A DNA stretch of 64,000 nt from NCBI GenBank assembly GCA_965644265.1, contig OZ286466.1, positions 60,636,001-60,700,000 on the forward strand, read 5' to 3'. Within the stretch, counting starts at the first letter, position 1. Every line of letters starts with the position of its first letter. Shown here one piece after another: positions 12,968 through 26,961 of the stretch. The notes under the pieces are model-generated. The model was not told the DNA's origin, made no database searches, and saw only the letters and a program-made list of their open reading frames with translations. Made by a program: the position numbers and the translations under genes. This DNA is from Glycera tridactyla. Lineage: Eukaryota.

Positions 12968-13728
12968 GGTAAAAATAAATATTTCATACTATAGACTATC
13001 TAAGTTGACCACATATCCACAACGGCCACTTTTCCCTATTGATATAGGTGGTCTTTCCAGTAGAAATTGCTAAGACCTAACATCAATGCTTTATTGTGGA
13101 TTTGCTTCATAAGTTTAACTAAAATCATTGTCTATTTTTTGGCTAATGCCTCATTCTCTGACTGAAAATCGAACAATAGATTCAGCCAAACATGCTAGAT
13201 GTAGGTTTATTCGAACCACGTTCCCTGTGCTAAAAGGCACGTACAGTTGAGAAATGACACATAAAACCATATAAGATGTGCCAAGAAGGCCCATGCAATT
13301 CAAAGTATCTCGACAAGATTACACAATTTAGGCACATTATAGTGTGAAAAGGCACATGAAACATCATCAAAGTGCCTTAAAAGCCCATACATCTAGACCG
13401 GGCTGCTTTTCTCTCTTCTGTCAATTTGGTCATAGGGGACTGCCTCCATCAACTGCTCTACGGCACATGCAGCACACAGATTCACCAGGGTGACTCAGAT
13501 CACAGGCATTTTCAAATGTTTCCGTATCATACTCATATATCAATGTCAAGAGGGCACGGAATGTCCCTGGTTCATTCCATGTCTAGAGATTCAATTGCCT
13601 TAAAAAGTGAATGAAGCAGGTGAATTCGCTCATTCCCCGGGTCCTCCTTTTTCCTTCATCTACCTAATCAAGATGTCAGTATTTCAGGGATTAAGTTGAC
13701 AGTCATTGACTAATTGCTCACCTGAATG

Positions 13729-13950
13729 CAGGGCTCTACATTAACTTTTTTCTTCACTTGTACTTCGGGCAGGTGAAGTAGGATTTTTACCTGCCCTCCC
13801 TGTCATTTTCACCTGCCCTCCTGCATATAATCATACCCCAAATAATGGTTGGGCACCTGCCCATCGGGCAGGCAGATTGATAAAATCACCTGCCCTAACA
13901 GCAAATCTGCCTGCCTGTGCCAGTAGGGCAACCATTAGCGTAGAGCCCTG
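13729..13950. mobile_element. CAGGG-terminus MITE (hAT/P-like), 222 bp; relatives near 7846-8095 and 29349-29690
   Basis: TIR cagggctctacattaa / ttagcgtagagccctg (14/16 match); gaatg on both flanks. Confidence 0.8.
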
Positions 13951-14796
13951 GAATGACAGAGAGATATATATGGGTCATACCAGCAACCCCTCTCTATTCA
14001 TTGGGGGTATCTGCATATCAACCCTCCGGGTGCAAACAACTGTGAACAAGTTTCATATATATAGTGATAGAAATGATAGAATTGGTGAAATTTGGGTTTG
14101 ATATGAGCCAATACCAATAAAAGATACAATCAAACATCTATCAAATTCATGTTTGATCATGAGAAAAAGTAATTCTCATAGACGGGCAAAACTGTGATGA
14201 CTATGCCATGAAGAAAATGGGCTTTTGAAAAGGCACTCCAAAAAGCGGCCTCTCAAAATAGGTGGTGTCTCATCAGAGGCTCTCACATCACAGGTTGAAC
14301 TTTAATACAAAACAACATCCTTTTCTGAGTGGGGTTTTAGGCAGGTTCATATATAAAGATGGACTTCAAAGTGGTGAATGATTGTATATCCAGTCGGGCT
14401 CAGACAGTCTGAGGATTGATTGAGCTGACCATGGTCATAGATGCGTGGGATCTCAACATGGGTTGACAGCATGTGATGAATGGCAGGGCTTATCTTAGTG
14501 CAAGCATGGCATGATAAATATACACACCAGGAAATAACCTATATAATACTGTAGGTCATTCATTCATTCATTCATTCATTGTCATCACTAAATACACAGA
14601 TGACTTCCTTCTCCTTAGATACAGTTCATAAATACCTTACGATCATGATTGTATGAATCATGATGTAAGATACATTACTAGCACTCTTATTTTCAGGCCA
14701 ATTGTTCACATGTATACCAAAGAGCACACACCCATCTGACATATCAATCACCTCCTCATCCACATAGGCATCCCAATCATATGGCTGATTCCACCT

Positions 14797-14844
14797 CTGT
14801 CTGTCTGTCTGTCCCTCCCTACCTTCCTTCCCTCCCCTCTCTCC

Positions 14845-14899
<55 letters not shown>

Positions 14900-14910
14900 G
14901 CCTGTCTCTC
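14797..14910. repeat. (TGTC)n microsatellite; other simple repeats at about 670-850, 21015-21170, 21506-21547 (TG), 36705-36767 (AATC), 53328-53520 (CATC)
   Basis: Seen directly. Confidence 0.95.
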
Positions 14911-17900
14911 CTACAATAAAATGGGTTGTCTTCAAAAGTAGATATTAGTTATGATGTTGAAAACTATATTGTACTGAAAAGTTCACATGTGAGAATAAAT
15001 ACACACCTATGCCTTGATTGAATATTTAAGATGCAAATTAGGTATCATTGTTCTTACTCAATCATATCAGACAAATACAGGAAGTATTATATATGGGCAT
15101 TAAAAGGTAGTGGCTTCACCTTATACAGGCCAATTGACTCTCATGTCCCAGATATCTGGCCAGCAGCCAAACACATGATACAAGACATGGAAATCTGAGG
15201 CCTACTTCACTATAATGATTTAAAACGGCTCCTTTTGAGCGACATGGTGGTGAGATGCAACTACTGCCATCATGATGGAATAATCAACATCAGTGAAACA
15301 TTCCCCTATGCAAAATGCTATACATTTCCCTGATGTTCTAGTGCATGCATGTGATACAATACAGTGCTGCTGCTATAGATGATGTCGGTATTGTAATTTA
15401 TTATGACTGTCAACAATACTATTAGGTCACTGGTCAGAATGGATTTTGTTGGTAGGTTGTCTTCATAAAGAGGTGGTCTATCAAGAAAGTTGGACTGCAT
15501 CATAAAATTGGTATTACCAAACAGATGGTCTGAATATAGGGGGAAATAGATTACTATGCAACAGTAGATAGGGGCTTCTAAATGTAGTCTTACTAAGCAG
15601 GTGGTCCTTCTATGAGGGTCCCCAGTTACATGCTAGATATAAATCAGCTGTGACCAATGTGGGTCAATTGCATCATGCAAGGCATTGAAACCATGTCATA
15701 CACAGTACAGGGTTCCCTCTATAGACCAGCATTTTAGGTATAGCTAAATGAAGTCGAATGCTGAAGAACAATTTGATTTGCTAAAATGATATGCTACAGT
15801 AATTTTCATTCCTGGTGGCACAAACATTGTGGTGGTGGTTAATTTTTGATGAACATTTTCTTAATTTAATTTTTTTCTGGTGGAAAAATGTAATAGAAAG
15901 TGATCTGGCATAAGAATAACATTAATTTTCCATTTTGGTCGAATGATTCAATGAAATAAACCTCTATAAAAGGATCACTTGCCTACAAATACCACCCCGA
16001 TAAATGACCATGATACAATCAAACATGCTCAAGAGAACACCTCCATACTAAGTCCAGCTGCCAACAAAAAGACACCCTGAACTGGGACCACAAGAGTATT
16101 TTCCACAGTAATTGACCCCTCTACAAAGACCACCTTGCAGCAAATGCCACTTTTTATGCAACCAAGGATGGTCTTTGTAGGCAGGTCCAACTTCTGTATT
16201 ATCTACAGTGAACAACCCTTTGATAAAGACCACCTGTTCACAAAAAACAGTATGATATGATCAAGGGTGGTCTCTGTGGACAGGTTTGACTGTGCGTCTG
16301 TCCCATTCTGAATCAACCAATTCTTCTTCGTGTATTCCATGACAACTCCCCACCTATTAATTGGGCAGGTAAAATTAAATCTATTTGCCTGCTGGGGACG
16401 TACCTACCTGTGCTAGGTAGATGGGAGGTAATCTTGCATGTTACATGTGAATATATCCAATGTGAATTATCACCAAATATTGACACAATATCGGCCTCAC
16501 CTGTATATCATCCAACTATGATGGTGAGAAGCATGGAATTATCTATGTGCATGCATCATTTTGATCTCTATTCTAACCACCCGATATATGTCAGGAATAC
16601 ATGAAATCCCAATCAGAGCAAACCCACGATCTCACTAGATTTCTCCGCCTAATCATCAGCTGGAATCTGAATTGTTCTCGATATTAATATCATTAAAGTG
16701 GGACTACACATGTACAATTCCAATCTCGACATGACTAGTGAGATGTAGGGAGGGAAGGAAAGCAACCCATGACCAGACGGTCAAGTGGTCTGGACAGGGG
16801 GACTGCCAGATGTGGGTCAAATCAAAGCGTACATGCTGACGAACTGATCACCAAATTCACACCTGAATGGCCATACCTGAGCCACTCCCCGATACAGGTG
16901 TACGAACTCGGTCGGAGAAGTAAGAATCGATACATACCTGCGACTAATCTAGCATTTGATGACTACAATATAATCCCAGATATGTGTTTCCGTGCGTGTG
17001 AGGAGAGTGTCACACACGTTGTTGAGTGGTATCCGTGTGTTTGTGTGCAGTGTGGGGGGGACGGTGTGTACGTACTCCCGATGAATGGTGGTATGTCAGT
17101 GTTTGTTTTCAACGGTGCTGATGTGGTCCTCGAACACCCGGCACTCCTAATATGGACTGACACACGAGTGCATGTACCCGTGTTGAAATCAGCGTGACTG
17201 CACAAGGCATAATAGCTCGGCAGGCAACCACTGTGATGAGGGAACCCCGGGATCAAGTTTAAACTGACTGTGACCTGACAGGATTCTGGGTACATCCTAA
17301 AACCTGTTCCTTCGATCCCCGGGGATGAGAGGAATTTTTTTTTTCTTAAGGGGGGGGGGGTTGAATTTATGACAAAATATTACAGGGAAGTATCTATAAA
17401 TATCCCATTAATTTGCCATCAATGACAGGTACACATTTTCATACATGAGTAGGTGTCCTCAAAACTCGATAGGTCACTATGAGATGCAGTCATTTCCTAG
17501 AAAACAGTAACCATTAAGATCACAAATCTAAATTCCGAATGAATACAGACTTCTGTGAAATGGTCTGAAAGACCCCTTTCATGCATCAAAGTGAAAAAAT
17601 GTATTCTCTGGGTAATGTCTTTCTAAGTGTCTTGATGCGCACAGTTAAACCTGCTTGAAAACACCTTCATATAAAGACTATCTAACGACAAAGGCCAATC
17701 TGAGCTGTGACCACAATGATGGTTTCTCTAGAAAGACCACTTTTGAAAGTGACCAATGGTGGTGTTTGAAGACAGGTTATACTGTATCATATTAGTTGGT
17801 TCTGTTTTGGCCTTTGTAGAGGAGTCATTTACCATAGAAATACTATCATGGTCACTGCTCATGGTGACCTTCATAGGCAGGTGGTCTTTGTATAGAGGTG

Positions 17901-18161
17901 GTCCCCCAGCCCGCTCAACTCTATATCCGGATAGAAGAGGCAGGTGGATTTGTGAAGCTGTTTTTTAAGCAAGATCACTTCGTGGAAAGCAATATTTATT
18001 AGAACAGAACTGCATAATTATTGAGAACATAATTGGAATAGATATTATCCGCCTGCATGGATCGCATAATGACAGGCAAGTCCCCCAGGGGTGTGTATAT
18101 ACTCAACTGATGAATTCAACAGCACCCTCATTCCCCTATTCCCCATGAAACATGAGAGGGG

Positions 18162-19014
18162 NNNNNNNNNNNNNNNNNNNNNNNNNNNNNNNNNNNNNNN
18201 NNNNNNNNNNNNNNNNNNNNNNNNNNNNNNNNNNNNNNNNNNNNNNNNNNNNNNNNNNNNNNNNNNNNNNNNNNNNNNNNNNNNNNNNNNNNNNNNNNNN
18301 NNNNNNNNNNNNNNNNNNNNNNNNNNNNNNNNNNNNNNNNNNNNNNNNNNNNNNNNNNNNNNNNNNNNNNNNNNNNNNNNNNNNNNNNNNNNNNNNNNNN
18401 NNNNNNNNNNNNNNNNNNNNNNNNNNNNNNNNNNNNNNNNNNNNNNNNNNNNNNNNNNNNNNNNNNNNNNNNNNNNNNNNNNNNNNNNNNNNNNNNNNNN
18501 NNNNNNNNNNNNNNNNNNNNNNNNNNNNNNNNNNNNNNNNNNNNNNNNNNNNNNNNNNNNNNGATAGGGATGGAGANNNNNNNNNNNNNNNNNNNNNNNN
18601 NNNNNNNNNNNNNNNNNNNNNNNNNNNNNNNNNNNNNNNNNNNNNNNNNNNNNNNNNNNNNNNNNNNNNNNNNNNNNNNNNNNNNNNNNNNNNNNNNNNN
18701 NNNNNNNNNNNNNNNNNNNNNNNNNNNNNNNNNNNNNNNNNNNNNNNNNNNNNNNNNNNNNNNNNNNAGGAGATAGGTACGGAGAGGAGAGAGAGAGAGG
18801 GAGAGGGAGGGCGGGAGAGAGTGGAAGAGAAAGAGAAGAGAGGAGATGGGGNNNNNNNNNNNNNNNNNNNNNNNNNNNNNNNNNNNNNNNNNNNNNNNNN
18901 NNNNNNNNNNNNNNNNNNNNNNNNNNNNNNNNNNNNNNNNNNNNNNNNNNNNNNNNNNNNNNNNNNNNNNNNNNNNNNNNNNNNNNNNNNNNNNNNNNNN
19001 NNNNNNNNNNNNNN
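18162..19014. other. Three N runs (18162-18562, 18577-18767, 18852-19014) separated by GA-rich islands; further N runs at 36517-36704 and 58823-59007
   Basis: Undetermined bases seen directly, each adjacent to simple or purine-rich sequence. Confidence 0.95.
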
Positions 19015-19696
19015 GGTGATGTAAACCAGTGAGGGTGCATGCACAACAGATACGGATACTGAGAGGATATAAATAGGGACGGAATGCCTGCATCTAATTT
19101 GATCAAGCGAGCTATTCAATCAGATCACAATAAAGGGCCACAGCAGCTAATGTAATGAATGCCTGGGTCAGCTCCAGTAGAAGGTCTATGTCAAGACACG
19201 GTGGACACAGGCGGGAATTCCTAGCATTCACTCAGTTTCAGCATCTCATTACATTGTATTTCCTCCCATGACAACATGAAACAAATGCTCCTACATGACT
19301 CCAAATTTTCCACCCACTTATTTGCAGACTTTGCCCACTGGATGTAGCAAATCCCACCTCTGTCTGAAGGCAGAAATGATGACAACTTTATGGAAAATGC
19401 TGCTGATTTCTCTTCAATTCTTGATTCGGGTTACTGAGGTAGTCCTTGGTGTGAAATGAGCACAGAAAATTCTGCTCCCCAGCTAGTGATGATGATAATT
19501 ACGCCTTACGCCATCACTTAGCATTGGCATTGCAATCAGCTTCACTGCCACTTTAGTGCATGCATGGATCAACTAGGCTTGTAGGCTGCAAATGGCAACC
19601 AGAAATACTTGTAACCTTGATGGATATAGATGTAATTTGTTTGAACACCCACCAAAGCCAAGTATGGTGTCATCACAACCAAAACTACTGTTGTTA

Positions 19697-19995
19697 CAGT
19701 GAAACCTGTTTTGAGACCTCTGAACTTCATTGGTTATTCTCCATTTGACATAGTCAAATATACAGTTGAACCTGTCTAGAAAGACTGCCTTTGGTCGCAT
19801 CAAAAAGCGGTCTTTATGGGCAGGTGGTCTTTATAGAGGTCATTTACTGTTGAAAATACTAACACGGTCGCAGCTCAGGTGGTCTTTATAGAGAGGTGGT
19901 CTTTAGAGCAGGTTCGACTGTACCTCCAATGGGAGAGCACCTGTCTTGAAACCACTGCCGGTTTGCATTTGGGTTAGTCTCCCAGAAGTTTTACG
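19697..19995 (+). mobile_element. MITE family C copy interrupted by a family A MITE (19763-19920)
   Basis: cagtgaaacctg start; empty site gtcaaataTAcctccaat is seen in the 28316 and 57752 copies; filled site has TA on both sides. Right boundary approximate. Confidence 0.85.
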
Positions 19996-21503
19996 CATTA
20001 TCATTGATTGAGTGATTATGTGATTATGTGATTGGTCTGCAAACTAAAACCTTGAAAACCTGCTTGAAGATATTCTCTCATACCGTATATTGCCGAATAT
20101 ACGCACAGTGCGCTAAGGCATTGTCAAGTGCCATGTGTGTCTATTTGGGGCCGACTTCGACCAGGTGAGGACTGACAGATCTTTCACTTTTATCACCAAA
20201 TACATGATTATTCAGGATTTTCGAATGGTCAACCCTGGTGTCGTGGACAATTTGAATTATGAGGGTGCACTTCTAATCGGGTGTGGGCATGTATATGGCA
20301 ATATATCTCCACTAATTCTGGTTCAATTTTCATGCGATAGACACCAAAATATAATCAACACAGAAGACTATCTTCTGTCATATTGTGGATTTCAGTATTT
20401 CTGTTCACAAACACAGAAATCTGCAGATCTGTGAATCTATCACTTCATTGTTTATCTACCATGACAAGATTTCATCAATCTTAAAACAAAGTTCTGAACC
20501 CAATTTTGCTTCAAATTGCCTGGAATCTCAGGTCTGTACAGAAGCACAATGAGGTGTTGGGTGAATTTGATCATCATGATAGTGCGATTCATGTAAGCCA
20601 GGAATTAATCCAAAGTTGAACATATGATTGCTCTATTTCCAGCGATGCAAGTGCACTCAGACAGAATTTCTTGGAACCTGCCCAAATTTCATTAAACTAT
20701 CCTGCTATACTTTCAAAAGCACCAGATTTGAAACTTTCTGCCCAATCCCAGAAACTTTTGGATTTTGAAACTTTGTGACAAATCTCCCGAATATGTTATC
20801 ACTGTATAATGAGCAATGGAGTAATGGTCAGTAGTCCGACCTCATTGTAATTATGAGACCATTACCGGGATGCCAGACTTGTATTATCACCTGGCGAGTC
20901 GATGTGGAGATTGCATGTCTTCTCTCGGACTCAACCCTGATGAATGAGTCTATACCATTTAGTCTGTGTCAGCCACCACAAGATGGCAGTTACACTGTAT
21001 TGGGAAATGGACAGCTATGTCTGTCTGTCTTTCTGTTTGTCTATTCAGCTATATGTCTGTCGGTCTGTCCAGCTATGTCTGTCTATCTGTCCATCTGTTG
21101 ATCCCATCCATCCTTCCATCTGTCTGTCTATCGGTCTCTCTGTCTGTCTATCAGTCTCTGTCTCTGTCTTGTCCTCAGTCAGCAAGAGGAATTTGGGGTT
21201 GGATCCCAGAAATGTTTGCTCAGGGCATGATCTAGTAAAGCTCACAGTGGTTGATTTCTAGAGTGAGAACTCAAGTATACCCCAACGAGAGAACTGATGT
21301 TTAACCTATATTTGACCAACCACTCCACCACCGATGTGTCTTTATATCTGCAGTCCTGTAACTCGAATCCTACAGCCATGGAGATACCAGCAATTTGGTT
21401 ATTGGCAGACCAAAATTCCAGTATGGTATGAATAGCTATGTATGAGAGGGGCGTTGCGGGATGCACAATCACATCATGACCAAATCAGATCCACACGAAA
21501 AAA

Positions 21504-21550
<47 letters not shown>

Positions 21551-22659
21551 ACGTGCGTGTGAGCATGAGAATGTTTGTATCAAGCATTCACTTACGCAAG
21601 CGAGCTGCCTTTTACTGATCCAGATATCAAAGATGCACAAGAAGAGAAGCCGATTCATGCTTTACCTGGGCTCTTTTTAAGCCACAAATGCCGAATTACA
21701 TCAATCAATTATTTTTGTGATCACCACCTCAAAATTCATGTCACGTTCCCAGATTTTGTGATTTAAACAAAAAGCTGCTTTGATCATTATCTCTGTTGTC
21801 AAGCTAGGATAAATCCGGTATCTAAGACAATGCTTCATTGTAGGCCAACAATAGTTAATTCACATCATTATTCTCTTTGTCAGTTTTTCTCATTGTGTAA
21901 TGGGGCCCAAGATGGTGGATCTCCCAGCTGGATTGCGATACTACCAAGTTAGGCCATTACATTCATGGTAAAAAATGCCATATTCGCTCTAAATTATTCA
22001 TGCGAGTAGTTGATAAATGTGCGTTTCATACTATTCACTGCCACTCTGGTGTATCTTCGGCACTTTCGAAAATGACCAGGATCAGTGAACATCTGTTTCC
22101 TATCAACATTGCTGTATTCTCTGTACAGTCAATCTTTGTTATGATTCTACCACTCCCTAATTGCCCCTTCTCCTTGCCCATCATCAATATTGATTCTATT
22201 AATTACCCAGGGCAATTATTTCGTCATATAAGGTAACCTACGAAGGTGATACATGGATAATGCACTCAGGCCTTTTTTCCATGAGTGACTTTCTATACAG
22301 AGGAGAGACAGTTTGGCAGACATAGTCGGAGAAAGTAGGCCAGTATAATCTGATCATGTCGTAGTCATATACAAGTGAAGTGTCAAGTTGTATCAGTAAT
22401 GCACCACAGAATCCACCCGATCTGCCCATGACAGTGATCCTGGCAAGGCATTAAGCTATTGATGTTAACCTCTTTATTGCCATACAAATCCATTCTATGA
22501 ATCTGTTCAATCAATCCACAGCTGAGATGTGGACAAGGTATGGAATGAGAGGAGGGAGGTCCCCTGAAATAAAATTGAGCTTTGTCACAGATGTAACTAC
22601 AAAATAACTCCATCAATGCTATAACACTAAAAATGTAAATGACATGGCCAGGGTACAGC

Positions 22660-22886
22660 TGTACTTGTCTATAATGACAAATTACTTTGGAACATGTAGA
22701 TCAATTGGTATGAAAATTGTGTCCTGCACATCTGCACTTCACGGTGATGAAATAAGTTGCGATCCAATAGCTTAAGAAATATGGAAGTAGTTTGCAAGAC
22801 AACCTTTTCGTGGACCAATCGACAAACTAACAGAGTGATTTCAATATACCCGTTCCCAAACTTCATTTCGGTGGGGTTATAAAAAA
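22660..22886 (+). mobile_element. HINE-like 3' remnant
   Basis: Ends in a decayed hairpin tatacccg...ggggttat followed by AAAAAA, the same architecture as 41287-41319. Confidence 0.5.
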
Positions 22887-24376
22887 TATATATATGAATT
22901 GAACACCATGAATAGCAATATGCTCAATCAGACATTACAGACTTAAATTTCCATCATTGCTTGCATTTGAATTTCACAGGACAATACTACACTGTATCTG
23001 TCATCTGTGAAGTCAGCATTTATACTCGAGATTCTCATACAATGGAAATTGTCAGCTTATCGAAATTAGCAAACATGTTCCACATCAGTGGTCTGAAAAA
23101 TGTCCTGAACAACCAGGAATTGATCAAGATATAAGAAGCAATCCTTGCAGCTGGAGTTTCACCCTCTCATATCTCCATATTCCAATCAACCAAATAGCTG
23201 CACAAGAGATAAGATGCATGATGGCAGCCCCTGATCATAGAAAAGATGGGACTCTTTTTAAATGATTCATTTCAAAAACTTCTGTGAAATTCACTAACCA
23301 AAGTCACACAAACATATCTCAGAATCACTGATTAACTAAAAATACATCATTCTGTCTGAAGCTTGGAGAGACAGGATCATAAACAAGAGAGAAGAAATCT
23401 GAAATGACAGAAATGAGAGTGCTGGGAGATACTGCACACTCCCTGGTGAATAGTAAATTGGTGATCTAGAATGAATCATCACTCTAGCTCAATCTCCAAG
23501 TAATATTTACTGATGGGTCCTGTTAACAAGTCGATGAGCAAGAATAGGAAATTGAGAAGCCAAGCAAATATTTTCAAAATGATTTGACGACAACTAGGAT
23601 ATCTTCCTCATAAATTGAATTTTTGATTTATTCATATCCCTATTCCTGCTGATTTCCTCACTCTGTCAATCATGAAATTTTAGTTCAAGTATGTCTACGG
23701 TAAAAATACATGTAATCAGATAGTAGAATCTTCTTGAAAGTTCACCTCCATGCAAAGGCCACCTACCTACAAAGACCACCCATGATGGTGACCTAAATAG
23801 CATTGCCTATAGGGAACAAACTCTCTACATAGATCACCTGTCTAGAAAGACAATTTGATTGGTTAATCAAGGGTAGCCTCAGCAGACGTGTGACTGTACA
23901 TACATAAATTTACGTAAATCTCAAGAAGCTACCATATTCTGTCTCCTGCAGGCATCACTCACACAAACTCTGAACACATGAAGATGAGGAACCTTAAAGG
24001 TTGTCAATTGGAAGTAGCTGACAGTTCAGACACACCTGTACATACTCAACATGAACAAGATGGTTTATCTCATGAAAAGCTAATATTTTACACACTTCAT
24101 ATGCTGTCTTCTCATGCATTCATCCTTCCACATGTCTTTTTAGGGCATGTCCCCAACAGCAGTTTCCTGGTCAGAATTATGAAAGAATGGAGAAAAAATG
24201 GTCCACATCTAATAGCCTATATTATGGTGGAAAAGAATCCTGCTTTCTCATGAATATACATCCTTTTCTTCTGTTCCACCAAGCCATTCAATCACGGCAA
24301 GCGGAGCATGCATAATCTATCACATACACCTTGGCCACCTTCACCAAAGTTGTGGTGCCAAGGTCCTTGATAGGTA

Positions 24377-24710
24377 CAGTCGAACCTGCTTGGCGCATGT
24401 CCTGCACCAATCTAAAACTGGCATCTGACACATTTCTGGAGTATAATGTCAAAAATACATTCAAACCCCTTCTAAAGACCACCTTTCTATAAAGACCACC
24501 TCTCTATAAAGGCCACTCTGAGCTGCGACCATGGTAGTATTTTTAACAGTATATGACCTCACTATAAAGACCACCTTTCTATGAAGGCCACTTCCGAAGA
24601 CAGCACATGGTTGCATAAAAAGAGGTTCTATACTATTTGAAACACTGTCACGGTCACAGCTCAGGGTGACCTCCGTAGTCAGGAGGTGGTGTCTAAAGCA
24701 ATTTCAACTG
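24377..24710. mobile_element. Rearranged family A MITE with an about 80-bp insertion and a chimeric right half
   Basis: TA|cagtcgaacctgct, unrelated insert, then tctaaagaccacc...; followed by a degenerate oppositely oriented half ending ttcaactg. Confidence 0.65.
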
Positions 24711-26014
24711 TTAATTCCTTGTCAGAATACAGAGAGCTATATTCGGCTGGGATTTGTATGTTTTTCAAAAGCAGCATGCAATATATATGAGGCCAAATTT
24801 GATGTTGATTAATTGATGTCTCACCAGGGATCCAGATGGAAGGCAATATTCAATGCATATTTCATGTGTGTGGTGCCCAAAGGAGTGGGGGTTGGGTTGT
24901 GGCCCCCGCTATACACTAAATTCTGATTTGATTGTCACATGACCAGAGGATTGGTTTAGCACCAGACTATCGATCCATCATGATTTATTTTCAAAGGATC
25001 TAAATCACTCTTTGGTGGCTTCTTGCACATTGCTTCTGGTTTCCATGGTTTCCATAGAAGATCTCAATGACTGGGAACCCCCCATCCATTTTGCTTGCAT
25101 ACCAGCCTCTGTGAAGGGGGCCTGGCCTATGAGGTATAAGCTCTTGATTGATGAGGCATTCTGATACCATGTATTGACCTCCACTTCATATAAGGATATA
25201 TGAATGTATACACCCCCACACTGAGAGGCGGCTGCACAATATATGTACATTCTGAGACAGCGGACATATCAGAAGAAAAATACAGACCATATCTCATCAG
25301 CCTCATACATTCCTCTCAGAGCCATAAAAACCAACAATTGCTGACCCCCTATTAATTCTCCGTGAGTGGAGTGGTGGATCTGTCACTCTTGACATATGTC
25401 CTGCTAGCAAAGTTTTCGCTTTATTTCACATGAATTCCTGAGGAATCGCATTCATAAATCATGCTATCTGTAGTAGCAGTCACTTCAGAATTCATCTTTT
25501 CTCACATTGCTTGATTTTTATCAATCACTAGATTGAAGGGAAAGGTCTGTGTGGCTGGTGTTTGTGTGAAGGCCTGTGGAACATTCAATAGGAGCATCGT
25601 GTTATTTGAGCATAGTGTAAATGTTGCTACGGCGATGGCACATGAGCATTGTGACATCATCAGTGTATGATGACATCAGCAGCAGCTAGTTTGATGAATC
25701 TCTCTGCTGCATGCACACACACGCACGCACGCACGCACGCACGCACGATTCCATTGCTTTCAATATTTGAAATAAAGCTTCAAACATATACTGATGTCCA
25801 AGAAAGAAAGGAACAGAGTAAACAAAAAGTCAGCATCAGGGCTTGATGTGGCCACTAATGGGAGTAGCCAGTTACTTCCTTGCATTAGTGACAATCCCCG
25901 GTGGCAGCAAGGTGTCACACAGATGGAAGAAGGCTCATGTTTGATTCTGCATGAGTTAATACATGAATAACGAGTCTGCCCTTCTAAGCAAAACATGTCA
26001 CCAAAACGAGTATA

Positions 26015-26620
26015 CGGTGAAACCTAAGACAAGAGACCCTGCAATGAGAGACCACCTCCGATGGGTAGTGGTGGGCTGATGATCGAATATACTTGATGAT
26101 TGGTCGTTCACATCGCCGAACCAAGTGCTTACTTGCAAAAGTCAACAATCAATTCAAACTGAATAATCATCTCACAAAATTAGGATTGAAATATCTGTCA
26201 TATATCAATGAATTTGCTGTCAAAATAAGGCAAAAAGTGGTTTTATTTGTCAACAACAGAGGAACACACATGCCACCACCACTTTGCTTGTTGACGGACG
26301 GTTAAATAGTGATGAAAGTGACCGCTGCGATGTGCGAGTTTGGTGCGCCAACCATTTTGACATCAAGCAGTTAGAACAGGAACCTAACCAATTGCACACA
26401 TGCAGCGCTAACCGATTGTAACCAATCATCGGTTGGTTAGTCCAAAGCGATGATTGGTTGGGAACATGGAACCAATTCCCAACACTACTGACGGGAGACC
26501 ACTTTTCCAGGGCAGCTTTTCTAGTTGACATAGTCTGATATACCTCCCCCTAAGACCACCTCTTTTGACAGACTGCTTTTTGGTGACATTTAGGGTGGTC
26601 TCTCATCGCAGGCTCCACTG
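26015..26620 (+). mobile_element. MITE family C copy split by a hAT-like insertion
   Basis: TA|cggtgaaacct...caggctccactg|TA; halves rejoin after removing 26066-26495. Confidence 0.8.
26066..26487. mobile_element. hAT-like MITE, 422 bp, 8-bp TSD
   Basis: TIR tagtggtggg / cccaacacta (9/10 match); flanks ccgatggg and ctgacggg differ only by two C/T transitions at CG/TG positions. Confidence 0.8.
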
Positions 26621-26961
26621 TATGATGCACAACTGACAAGGATGTCCGCAATGATCAAATTCTGGAAAAATCAGTAAAAAATCTACTACATACATGTACA
26701 GTGGAACTTGCAACAGGAGACAACCCTAATGTTACTAAAAAGTGGACTGCAGGAGTTAAATCTTTCAGCACCTCTCCCTACAATCTATTTTAGGATAACA
26801 ATTGAGATCACCAATAGCAACCATGCTCAGGCTAATTATTTCTATACTTTTCCCTCAATAAAGGATCAAAGGAAGGGCATTCTCACAATGACCAATAAGG
26901 TGTAACGAAAGCTCTCCCACAATCTGTTTGAGTTTAACATTCTTTCAACCTCACTGGGTTA

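Noticed and set aside
18045-19119. Several 150-350-aa ORFs, and those at 36429-36904 and 58676-59169
   Set aside because: Open only because they span N runs.
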